Positions 1-8,434 of a stretch of DNA of 64,000 nucleotides are shown here, piece after piece. Every line of letters begins with the position of its first letter. The first letter of the stretch is position 1. The position numbers and the translations under genes are program-made. The notes under the pieces are model-generated. The model was not told the origin of the DNA, ran no database searches, and was given only the letters and a program-made list of their open reading frames with translations. Source of the DNA: Gemmatimonadota bacterium (GTDB taxonomy: Bacteria; Gemmatimonadota; Gemmatimonadetes; Longimicrobiales; Longimicrobiaceae); the NCBI GenBank assembly GCA_013820915.1, contig JACDHR010000001.1, positions 8,641-72,640 of the forward strand, in the 5' to 3' direction.

Positions 1-531
1 CCCCTCGATTCGGGCTGGAGGAGGGAGATCGTGGACCGCCGCTCCGCTGGCGCGGACGATCACGGGGACGTGGTCGTCACTCCGAATGGTGAAGTGCTCG
101 CCGTCTGGAAGACCAGCCACAAGGGGTCGTCCGATCCGATCCTACGGTATGCGCGCCGGACTGCGAACGGGACGTGGGTGGATCTCGCCGTGGTGCGAAC
201 GCGCTACGGCTCCTCCTCGAGCAACGAGTTCACGCGCCCGCGCATCCAGTACGACCGGGACACCGACCACGTGTACGTGGTCGCGACCACACTGGACACG
301 CGGGAAGTGCACGTCATGCGTAGCACGCGCCTGAACCCCGACTTCGGCGCGTACAATGCCCCGGCGGTGGGCAAGGCATGGCCGGCACCCTACGTGGTGC
401 TGGACACGGGGGGACAGCCGATGCTCAACCCGGCAACGTCCGCCACCATGGTCGATGGACAGTCCGGCTACTTCTTCGCCGTCGTGGGACAGGACGACAA
501 CCGGGTCTGGGGCCTCCACCTATCCCGCTGA
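1..531 (+). CDS. 3' part of a gene for a beta-propeller-like (BNR/Asp-box-like) protein; the 5' end lies off-window
   Basis: Frame 1 has no stop from nt 1, so the listed ORF 31..531 continues leftward. There is one Asp-box-like motif (TANGTW). No firm family assignment is possible by eye. Confidence 0.4.
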   Translation, partial: PLDSGWRREIVDRRSAGADDHGDVVVTPNGEVLAVWKTSHKGSSDPILRYARRTANGTWVDLAVVRTRYGSSSSNEFTRPRIQYDRDTDHVYVVATTLDTREVHVMRSTRLNPDFGAYNAPAVGKAWPAPYVVLDTGGQPMLNPATSATMVDGQSGYFFAVVGQDDNRVWGLHLSR

Positions 532-615
532 CCGGTGGCGCGTGTACAGCGGGATAAGCTGTGCCTGCACGCGGTATTGAGGGATGGACTTCGCTTCAGC
601 AGACTTCGAGCACGA

Positions 616-1782
616 ATGAATGATATGCATACCACCCGCGGGGCGGATGACAGGATCCTCCACCGGCAGTTCCGCTGGCTGTTTCTCCTCTCACTCACCA
701 CCGCACTGTTCGGTTGTGGCGCTCACGACGCATCGGGAGACACGGCGGACCGCCAGCCGCACCGCACGGGTGCGGGAACGGAGGAGCCACTGCTCCCCGC
801 CATCGTCACGGAGCGGGTGCCGGGGGACGGCGACGATCCGGCGATCTGGATCCACCCCGAAGATCCGGCGCAGAGCCTGGTCCTCGGGACGGACAAGGGG
901 CGCCGCAACGGCGGCGTGTACGTGTTCGGGCTGGACGGCCGGATAGACCGGACCCGCACGGTGACCGGGCTGCGGCGCCCCAACAACGTGGACGTAGGGT
1001 ACGGCTTCCGTGTCGGCGGCCGGGGGGTGGACATCGCGGTGGCTACCGAACGGAACTCAACCTCGCTGCGGGTCTTCGCGCTGCCCGACATGCGGCCCGT
1101 CGATGGAGGGGGCATTCCCGTGTTCGACGGCGACACCGAGCGCGAGCCGATGGGAATCGCACTTTACCGGCGGCCCCGCGATGGGGCGATGTTCGCAATC
1201 GTGGCGGGGAAGCAGGGACCCACCGAGGGATATCTCTGGCAGTACCGCCTGGAAGACGACGGCGCCGGCCGCGTTCGCGGCGTGAAGGTGAGGGAGTTCG
1301 GGACGTTCAGCGGGCGGCAGGAGATTGAGGCCATCGCGGTCGACCAAGCGCTAGGCTACGTCTACTATTCCGATGAGCAGTTCGGAATCCGGAAGTACCA
1401 CGCGGATCCCAAAGCGGGCGATCGGCAGCTCGCCCAGTTCGGGACCGACCACTTCGCCCGGGATCACGAAGGGATCGCGCTCTACACCAGTGAGGACGGA
1501 ACCGGTTACATCCTGGTTTCAGACCAGCAGGCAGGGCGGCTGCAGGTCTTCCCCCGTGAGGGTGTTTCGGGGAGGCCGCACCACCACCCGCTGCTCGCCT
1601 CCATCCCGGTTTCCGCGCTCGAAACGGACGGCGTCGCGGTCGTCTCGGCTGGTTTGGGTACTGGGTTCCCCCGCGGCATGGTGGTGATGATGTCCGCCGA
1701 CCGCACCTTCCACTTTTACCGCTGGGAAGACGTGGAAGCCCGGATCCCCCCCGGGGCCCGGGAGTCTCCCTCGCACCCGTGA
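616..1782 (+). CDS. beta-propeller phytase (3-phytase) family lipoprotein
   Basis: ORF 535..1782. The ATG at 616 precedes a hydrophobic segment ending in the lipobox-like LFGC. DDPAIWIHPEDP, LVLGTDK, GGVYVFGLDG and EGIALY are typical of PF02333-type phytases. Confidence 0.8.
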   Translation: MNDMHTTRGADDRILHRQFRWLFLLSLTTALFGCGAHDASGDTADRQPHRTGAGTEEPLLPAIVTERVPGDGDDPAIWIHPEDPAQSLVLGTDKGRRNGGVYVFGLDGRIDRTRTVTGLRRPNNVDVGYGFRVGGRGVDIAVATERNSTSLRVFALPDMRPVDGGGIPVFDGDTEREPMGIALYRRPRDGAMFAIVAGKQGPTEGYLWQYRLEDDGAGRVRGVKVREFGTFSGRQEIEAIAVDQALGYVYYSDEQFGIRKYHADPKAGDRQLAQFGTDHFARDHEGIALYTSEDGTGYILVSDQQAGRLQVFPREGVSGRPHHHPLLASIPVSALETDGVAVVSAGLGTGFPRGMVVMMSADRTFHFYRWEDVEARIPPGARESPSHP

Positions 1783-1792
1783 TTCGATCCTC

Positions 1793-1825
1793 GGGAATGC
1801 CTCTCCCAGTGGGAGAGGCATTCCC
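1793..1825 (+). terminator. perfect GC-rich hairpin after the phytase gene (16-bp arms, 1-nt centre)
   Basis: gggaatgcctctccca-g-tgggagaggcattccc read directly, starting 11 nt after the stop. There is no U-tract, so an intrinsic-terminator role is not certain. Confidence 0.45.
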
Positions 1826-1930
1826 CACCCCATCCGAGTCCGGCCCCAGTAGATAAAAGAGTTCTCTCCCGCTTACCCATGGACGTCCCTATGCCGAACG
1901 CCTTGCAGACTACGCCCGTCGTCGTTTCCC

Positions 1931-4390
1931 ATGCTTGACACACGCCCCGGCCTCGCCATCGAAGTAAAGCGGCTGCCCGAGCCGGGCGGTTCCCGAGCTT
2001 CCGGCCCCCGGGCGCCAGCGTCCGCCCGCTCCCGCGTAGGCGAGTGGCTGCAGGACCGCGCGGCCGCAACGGCCGGCGCCCTGCTCGGAGCCGGCAAACT
2101 CCTGCCCCTCGACGCCGTGATCGGCAGGGACCTCCGCGTGATCGAGATCGATGCCGATTCCGACGCACTCGGAGAGGGTCTTCTTGCCGCTGGGTGGCGA
2201 CGGTACCTGCGGCTCCGTCGCGGGTCGTCGGGTAACGCGGCAGGTGACGAGTCGAGGCGCCGAACGGCGCCGTACCGCTCGGCGAAGCAGATTCAAGCCA
2301 ACAACGCCGAAGTGCTCATCCTTTCCGGAAGTTCCGCACGGCACTTGCCGACCTTTTCGCTGTACCGGCACGTCCGCTACGTTCTCTGGGCTCCCGACCG
2401 TTCTCGCGCGGGCGTCGCGGCCCTGGCGGGCCTGACAAGGCACGCAGCCAGAGGCCGCATCCAGGTGCTTGGCCGCGTTCCGCTCCCGGCGGGGGACGGG
2501 AGGACCCGGTCGTACCTGATCGGGCGGATCCGGGAAGAAAAACAGGGCACCCGCGCCCGGCGCTACCTTTCCCGCGTAATCGGGACCGAAGAGTTTTTTG
2601 ACCGACTGAACCGGAACGACATCCGGTACGCAATTCTCCGGTGGTTCGACTCACTTCCGGCAGTGGGGGAAGGCGAGGACATCGATCTGCTGGTCGCGGA
2701 CGAGCAGATTGATCGCGTGCTCGGCATCCTCGACGCGGAGCCCGGCACCATACCGCTCGACGTCTACAGTGCGTCCGGCCTGCCGGGCACGGATTCGCGC
2801 TCCATGGCCTACTATCCGCCAGCTCTCGCGAATCAGATCCTGGACTGGGCGGTGCTGCACAAGGGGCGCTTCCGGGCGCCGTCGCCGGAGCACCATTTTC
2901 TCAGCCTCGCCTACCATGCCGTGTACCACAAGGGAGAACGATCGGGGCTTCCACGCAACCGTAGCGACCGTACACCCGCCGGGGGCGGCGAGCACGACTA
3001 TGCAGCCGTTCTCGGCGGCCTGGCGCGCGAGCTCGGCATTGCCGCGGAGATTACCCTGGAAGGGCTGGACCGCTGCCTGGCCGAGCGTGGATGGCGGCCA
3101 CCACTCGACACCCTCGATCGCTTGGCGAAGCGAAGCCAGTGGTTGAAATCCCACCTCAGGGCCGCTCGGGACGAGGCGGCGCTTCACCTAGAGCAGTTCC
3201 CGGGGTTGCGCCACGACGGGTTCACTGTGTTCTTTCTGCGCGACAAGGTGGTCCACTACGGCCTGGTCCAGCTCGTTCTGGATGCGCTCGGAGAAAGGTT
3301 CTTCATCCTTCATACGGAGGTGCTGGACGGCACCGCGAAGGAGCGGGTGCGGCAAACGGTGCGGGGCGGAAACTGGAACCGGGGGCCGTGGCCCGCCTCC
3401 GGCGGAGATCCCGCGATTATGGTCGTAGCGCTCGACCTGATGCCAACTGCCGCATCCGCCGCGCTACGTGAGCTCCACCCGACACTGACCAACGCCCGCC
3501 TTCAGGAAAAAGGGTGGCTCCGGGATCGGCTGAACACACGGGTGCCCGCGCAAGAGCACTGCAACATGATCCACTCGAGCGACAGCGGACCCGAGGCGGC
3601 GTACTACCTCGCCACCGCAGCTCCCGAACTGCTCACACAGATCAACGACAGGGTTGATGCGGCAGTCAGGGGGTTTGCGACCTCCTTTCCAGTGATCCGG
3701 GATCTGACCGGGGGCGGCGACCACACGAAGCTGGAACTCATCGACTTCCATGGCCAGTTCGCCGTCAAGAAGACGTTCCGTCCGGGAGCGGAGCCGTTCT
3801 TCGAGCGCGAGCATCGGGCGATGTCCACCTTCAGCTCGCTCCGATCCGAGGTTCCTCCGGTGCTGGAAGTGGGGGAGAACTTCTACATCCGCCCCTATTA
3901 CGAGCACGCCCGAAGGATGCACCGTGGGCTTTTGGGCCTGCTTCCGCTCGCGAAGGTGCGGCAGGCGATGGTGGCGCTCCGCTCCCTGTACGAGGACGGG
4001 GTATCGCTGGTCGATTTCCGGCCGGACGACCTGCTCGTCGACGCGGAGGGAGGAGTGAAGATCATCCGGTACGAATATTTCCATGTATACCGCACCCGGC
4101 CTCCCCGCTTCGAAGCGAGCTATGATCTGGCGGGATGTCCGACCGATTTCGAGGGCGCCCGCCCGACGGGTGGGGTGCAGGGCTACGACGCGCTCTGGCG
4201 TGATGCAGTCGGGCTCGACCTACCCAGCCTGTTGTACGATTCCCCTCTGCTTCAGCACCTGAAACGGACGCGGTTCTGCATCGCCCGTATTCCGCGGACG
4301 GCAGAGTCGAGGCTCCGCGGAACCGCCGCCAGGGGGCGGGCGCAGGTTCGCAGGGTACGTGCAGCCGTGCGGCGGTGGCGTAGTAGCTGA
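1931..4390 (+). CDS. large multidomain protein with a C-terminal protein-kinase-like (Kdo/RIO/APH-type) domain; start uncertain
   Basis: 819-aa ORF. The C-terminal part has FAVKKTFRP (beta3-Lys-like) and DFRPDDLLVD (catalytic-loop-like). The central part has IRYAILRWFDSLP...GEDIDLLVAD (nucleotidyltransferase-like flavour). The first ~150 aa are Arg/Ala-rich low complexity and may not be coding. Confidence 0.55.
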   Translation: MLDTRPGLAIEVKRLPEPGGSRASGPRAPASARSRVGEWLQDRAAATAGALLGAGKLLPLDAVIGRDLRVIEIDADSDALGEGLLAAGWRRYLRLRRGSSGNAAGDESRRRTAPYRSAKQIQANNAEVLILSGSSARHLPTFSLYRHVRYVLWAPDRSRAGVAALAGLTRHAARGRIQVLGRVPLPAGDGRTRSYLIGRIREEKQGTRARRYLSRVIGTEEFFDRLNRNDIRYAILRWFDSLPAVGEGEDIDLLVADEQIDRVLGILDAEPGTIPLDVYSASGLPGTDSRSMAYYPPALANQILDWAVLHKGRFRAPSPEHHFLSLAYHAVYHKGERSGLPRNRSDRTPAGGGEHDYAAVLGGLARELGIAAEITLEGLDRCLAERGWRPPLDTLDRLAKRSQWLKSHLRAARDEAALHLEQFPGLRHDGFTVFFLRDKVVHYGLVQLVLDALGERFFILHTEVLDGTAKERVRQTVRGGNWNRGPWPASGGDPAIMVVALDLMPTAASAALRELHPTLTNARLQEKGWLRDRLNTRVPAQEHCNMIHSSDSGPEAAYYLATAAPELLTQINDRVDAAVRGFATSFPVIRDLTGGGDHTKLELIDFHGQFAVKKTFRPGAEPFFEREHRAMSTFSSLRSEVPPVLEVGENFYIRPYYEHARRMHRGLLGLLPLAKVRQAMVALRSLYEDGVSLVDFRPDDLLVDAEGGVKIIRYEYFHVYRTRPPRFEASYDLAGCPTDFEGARPTGGVQGYDALWRDAVGLDLPSLLYDSPLLQHLKRTRFCIARIPRTAESRLRGTAARGRAQVRRVRAAVRRWRSS

Positions 4391-4424
4391 AGAGGACGCC
4401 GCCGCGCTGATGGACGGACGCACG

Positions 4425-4458
4425 CAGGCCGGCTCCGCATTGTCGCGGAGCCGGCCTG
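4425..4458 (+). terminator. perfect 14-bp stem / 6-nt loop hairpin downstream of the 819-aa gene
   Basis: caggccggctccgc-attgtc-gcggagccggcctg, 35 nt after the stop at 4390. Confidence 0.6.
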
Positions 4459-4804
4459 TATGCTGTACCTGCCACGCTTTCCCGCACCAGCGTGCGCACC
4501 CTGAGAACGCTGGTGCCGCTCACCTCGGCGATGTCGGCGCTCCTCTACCGCTCACTCGCCAGGTAGAGTACCTGGAAGTGCGTGCGCTCGACCGGATCCC
4601 GGGCGCTCTGGTAGCGCTGCTTCAGTCCGGCGGAGCTGAGATGATCGGCAACATGAAGATGCTGGCCCGTCCCTACCTCCTGGCGTGAAACTCGCACTCC
4701 TCACCTCCTCCCCACTTCATGATAACCGTTCAGCCGTATTTCGTATCAGCCCTGATTTTCTTCTGGAGAGTCTGTCTACTTCAGGCGATGCCGAGGAAAC
4801 ACGA

Positions 4805-4832
4805 AGCCCGCCCGAAGAATCTCGAGCGGGCT
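4805..4832 (-). terminator. hairpin downstream of the GH18 gene
   Basis: On the minus strand: agcccgctcga-gattct-tcgggcgggct (11-bp arms, 1 mismatch), followed by tcgtgtttcc. It lies ~70 nt past the stop at 4904. Confidence 0.45.
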
Positions 4833-4903
4833 GATGAGGTCTAGGACCTTCAGCGAATAAGTCGTGTGCTCTACGCCCTTGGGGAATAATTCGAGCGGCC
4901 TTT

Positions 4904-6943
4904 CTACAGCGCCTCTTTGATGGCTTGCAGCAGGGGGTTGCGCGAGCCTGCGGGGCGAGTCGGGAAGTACCCTCCGTTGATCTCCCAGATGATCAGCCCT
5001 CCGATGCGCTCCGTGGCCGCATACCTGACCTTGTGAGCGACGCTTTCCTCGTTCTCGTACGAGAGGAACCGGTCCTCACTCGAGCCCGGATTGTCGAACG
5101 ACAGATAGGGCACCTTCGCCACGTCGTCCCACCCGTACCTGCTCGGATCGTAGTGCCTCTCCATGATCCGGTAGTACTTGACCTCGCCGCTCGACATCGT
5201 CGGCGCCGTCGTCCAGCTCTGGCGCGGCCGCGTCGCTCCTCCGGTGGAAGTGCCGTCACCGCCCGTCCACAGCTTCCCGTAGAAGGCGATCCCGATCCCC
5301 AGCTTGCTGCGATCCACACCCGCGGCTACGAACTGCTTCACCAGCTGATCGGCCGAGGGCACGGTCTTGTTGGTGTTGGGGAACTTGTAGCCTCCATCGT
5401 ACAGCGGGCTGTTGTGCCAGGTGACCCAGCCCGGCCACGGCCCCGACATGTCGTACGTCATCAGGTTGATCATGTCCAGATGCGGCTGCAGATCACGGAA
5501 CAGCGGCGCATAGATGTGCGACTGCAGCACGGCCGCCGTCAGCAGCGGTCGGGGCGAGATCTTGTTCAACTCGGCCGACAGCTCCTCGATGAAGACGCGG
5601 AACTGCGGAAAATCCGACTCCCGCATCGACTCCCAGTCGATGTCCAAACCATCATATCCGTGCAGCCTCATCCGGCCCACAATGTTCTCGATGAACGTAG
5701 CCCGGTTGACGTCGCTGGTAGCTCCGAGAAACTGCGTGCGTGTGCCTGCGCTCCCTACGGTCAACAGCACCTTCACTCCAGCAGCGTGTGCCCTGCTGAT
5801 GAGGTCCCGTGTATTTGCCGAACTCAGCACGTGCGTCTGGGTGTCGATGCTGCCGTCCTCCCGAGGCAACACCGAGAAGTGGGCGATGTGCGTCAACGCG
5901 CTCCAGTCGATCTCGGAGGCCGGCATCCGGCTCTGCACCCAACCCGGATAATAGCCCATCCGCCAGATCTGGGGAGAGGGGGACGGAGGAGGGGCGGTAC
6001 CGCCGGAGACGACCTGAATTGCCGCCGTGGCCGAGACAGAGCCGGCCGCCGCCGTGATCGTGGCGGCGCCAACCCCCACTCCTCTTACCACCCCACCCCC
6101 GCTGACTGCCGCCACCGCGGAGTCCGACGCGATCCAAGTGAAGCTGACCCCCTCCACCACCACCCCGTTCGCATCCGTTGCGGTGGCGGTCAGACGCACG
6201 CTGTCCCCAACTGCCAGCGTCGCGGTGGACGGGCTGACCGACACCGCCGCCACTTCCTGGTGCACATGCAGCGTCGCGGTGTCCGCGGCGCTGCCGGAGG
6301 TCGCCATAATCAGCGCTACGCCGATCGCCTTGGAAATCACATTCCCCGTCCCATCAACGGTTGCAACGGAAGCATCGAGGGTGGACCAGGTGATACTGGG
6401 GTTCGTAATCACGTTGCCCTGCTCGTCCAGCACAGTGGCCGTGACCTGGATCTGGCTGCCGAGGGCATTCAGCGTAGCCTCATCCGGAGTGACGGTGATC
6501 TTCGCTGCCTTGCTACGCTTGCCGCCACCCTTCACCCTGGCGAAGGAGACGCTGCTGGTGTGGCCGGCGGACGCGGTTACGGAAGCAGTTCCTTCCTTCT
6601 TCGCCAGGACCAGCCCCGCCCGCGTAACGGTTACGACATCCGGATCCGAGCTGGTCCAGGTCACCTGATATCGCGGCCTCAGAGTGCCGGACGACGGCGG
6701 CGCCAGCGGCTTGCCGGCCGCGCCAATGAGGGTGGCCTGAAGTTGGAACGAGTCACCATCGTCAAGATCCATGTTCGCAGCGCTGAGCCGGATCTCCGCG
6801 ATTCCGAGATCGTCGAACTCAGGAGCGGTGCTGCCTGCGTCACAGGCGGGGAGCGCGAGGATCAGGGCAAGTACAACAATCACGCGGACAGACAAGCTAC
6901 TGCCGAAATTACCTCCCTCCCTGCCAGGAAACAAGTTTTTCAT
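4904..6943 (-). CDS. glycoside hydrolase family 18 (chitinase-like) lipoprotein with N-terminal bacterial Ig-like (Big_2) repeats
   Basis: GH18 catalytic motif DGLDIDWE. About three Big_2-like repeats (VTVTP...VTATV.D..GN...W.S.D..VATV). Signal peptide with lipobox LPAC. Confidence 0.88.
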   Translation of the reverse strand: MKNLFPGREGGNFGSSLSVRVIVVLALILALPACDAGSTAPEFDDLGIAEIRLSAANMDLDDGDSFQLQATLIGAAGKPLAPPSSGTLRPRYQVTWTSSDPDVVTVTRAGLVLAKKEGTASVTASAGHTSSVSFARVKGGGKRSKAAKITVTPDEATLNALGSQIQVTATVLDEQGNVITNPSITWSTLDASVATVDGTGNVISKAIGVALIMATSGSAADTATLHVHQEVAAVSVSPSTATLAVGDSVRLTATATDANGVVVEGVSFTWIASDSAVAAVSGGGVVRGVGVGAATITAAAGSVSATAAIQVVSGGTAPPPSPSPQIWRMGYYPGWVQSRMPASEIDWSALTHIAHFSVLPREDGSIDTQTHVLSSANTRDLISRAHAAGVKVLLTVGSAGTRTQFLGATSDVNRATFIENIVGRMRLHGYDGLDIDWESMRESDFPQFRVFIEELSAELNKISPRPLLTAAVLQSHIYAPLFRDLQPHLDMINLMTYDMSGPWPGWVTWHNSPLYDGGYKFPNTNKTVPSADQLVKQFVAAGVDRSKLGIGIAFYGKLWTGGDGTSTGGATRPRQSWTTAPTMSSGEVKYYRIMERHYDPSRYGWDDVAKVPYLSFDNPGSSEDRFLSYENEESVAHKVRYAATERIGGLIIWEINGGYFPTRPAGSRNPLLQAIKEAL

Positions 6944-7309
6944 CGGTGTACCCTCTCTTCGGTGGCTCGACTGGCATAGCGGAAAAAATCCCGCTGAAGC
7001 CTCGTAGCTTTGCGTCGCCGGCTTTCACCGGGTTTGCCGTTGTCGGAGTCGCCCGGCAGTCGCCGCGGCGGGAAATGGGAAAAGCCGCTCTAACCCGATC
7101 TCGAGATCGGATTGCTGGCGGCTCGGCGGGCGTGGCAGGCTGTGCCGGCGGTAGCCCCGTGGCTCTGCGTCCCCACCTTTCGGAGGGTTTGCTCTGAGCA
7201 GCGTTGATGGACGGCTGCGGGCCTGTGAGGGCCGGCAGCTTTACCTATCGGCAGAAGCTGTGGAGAACTTTAGCGGAGCGCTGCTCTCGCCCCGTTCAGG
7301 AGCAGGGAG

Positions 7310-7744
7310 TCAGTAGCCAGGAGTATCGAAGTCCGCCAGACGGAGAATGCGCCCGTACGCGTAAGCTTTACGAAAATATCGCTCATCAGCCGTGACCAGG
7401 TTCGCCTCCGCGACGTGGAGAGCGACTGCGTGGTAGAGCGTATCGAACAGGTGATGGTTCAAGTCGGTCGCGAGGTCAACGGCGGTCTTGTATACAGCTT
7501 GGTCATCGACGATTCGACACCCCATCGCATGCAGCAGGCTCACTTTCTGCCGGGCCGTGGCTGGACTCAGCCGCGCGACCACGGCCGCCGCTTCCGCCAG
7601 CCAATGAGCAGGCTGATACAACCGTGCCCGACCGGACCTGACCTCCGCCAGCAGCCGGAACGCCTGCTCGATGTCCGGCTCAGCTTCCTGCTGTGGCACC
7701 AGCCACTTGACCACCACACTCGCATCCGCGACGATCAGCGTCAC
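7310..7744 (-). CDS. vapC: PIN-domain toxin, VapC family (copy 1)
   Basis: 144 aa. N-terminal IVADASVV (PIN acidic residue), a C-terminal acidic TADER motif. GTGA start/stop overlap with the upstream antitoxin gene. Paralog at 52828..53259. Confidence 0.85.
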   Translation of the reverse strand: MTLIVADASVVVKWLVPQQEAEPDIEQAFRLLAEVRSGRARLYQPAHWLAEAAAVVARLSPATARQKVSLLHAMGCRIVDDQAVYKTAVDLATDLNHHLFDTLYHAVALHVAEANLVTADERYFRKAYAYGRILRLADFDTPGY

Positions 7745-7974
7745 TGCCGCAGCTCGTCACGTACGGCACGGATCTCTTCCGCAGGTACCGGACGGGTTTC
7801 TGCCCGCAGCTCCAGAAGTCGGTCGATCGCCTCGGTTCGCCGCGCCGCCTCCTCCTTCTCCTCCACCGCCCGCATCATCAGCTCGGCGACGATCGCGCTC
7901 TTGTTTCGGCCTGCAAAGGCCCGGTTGAAGGCCTGCTTCACATCGTCCGGCACACTGAAGTTCATCGTAGCCAT
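7741..7974 (-). CDS. vapB: ribbon-helix-helix antitoxin, VapB-like (copy 1)
   Basis: 77 aa. N-terminal MATMNFSVPDDVKQAF...NKSAIVAELM is typical of an RHH strand-helix-helix. 4-nt overlap with vapC. Paralog at 53256..53489. Confidence 0.8.
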   Translation of the reverse strand: MATMNFSVPDDVKQAFNRAFAGRNKSAIVAELMMRAVEEKEEAARRTEAIDRLLELRAETRPVPAEEIRAVRDELRQ

Positions 7975-7987
7975 GGCTCTCCCTGCT

Positions 7988-8030
7988 TGTTGAAATTTTC
8001 AACATTACTGCCATACTCGGGGCACGTCAA
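7988..8030 (-). promoter_or_regulatory. vapBC-1 sigma70-like promoter with overlapping palindromic operator
   Basis: Minus strand reads TTGACG-N17-TAATGT (plus-strand coordinates 8025..8030 and 8002..8007). This runs into the palindrome TGTTGAA-att-TTCAACA (7988..8004), then RBS GGGAGAG and the start at 7974. The same design is seen at copy 2. Confidence 0.6.
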
Positions 8031-8434
8031 CCGTACTCCCCAGGCCCGTAGGGCATGATTGGCTCGGCAATGCATCGCCCGGGGAACGCTCGGCAGCAGG
8101 GGGAGACTCCAGGCCTGCCCGATCGATCCGGGCTCTCGGCGTGGAGCACCCGTACGAGCTGCTAGCCATTCCTCCAGCAGCATGCTCGCTGAGCAGCCTG
8201 CTGCACACCTTGCATACGGCGGTACCCCTGCTCCTCGTGACATCTCGGCCTCCGATGCGGTGTGGCCTCCCGCCCCCCTTCCCTTCCCATCCATCCTCCG
8301 CTGAGCCATATTCATAGGCGAATCCCCGCTTCTTCCGCGGATACCGCCTTTGCGTGTCACACGGCCCGACCCGGCTGATGCCGCATGCAGACAAGCGCTT
8401 CCGGCCCATTCACTTACGGAGCAATCAGCCGTCG

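Noticed and set aside
4925-6979. 684-aa plus-strand ORF spanning the GH18 locus
   Set aside because: It is antisense to a gene with clear GH18 and Big_2 motifs. Its translation is Arg/Pro/Gly/His-rich with no motifs, a typical high-GC off-frame artefact.
8354-8434. N-terminal extensions of track ORFs (dnaE 8354.., metG 14062.., sucB 32755.., NTase ..21525, esterase 56866.., both kinases)
   Set aside because: The extensions overlap upstream genes or are low-complexity. Conserved protein N-termini begin at internal ATG/GTG codons, several with good RBS.
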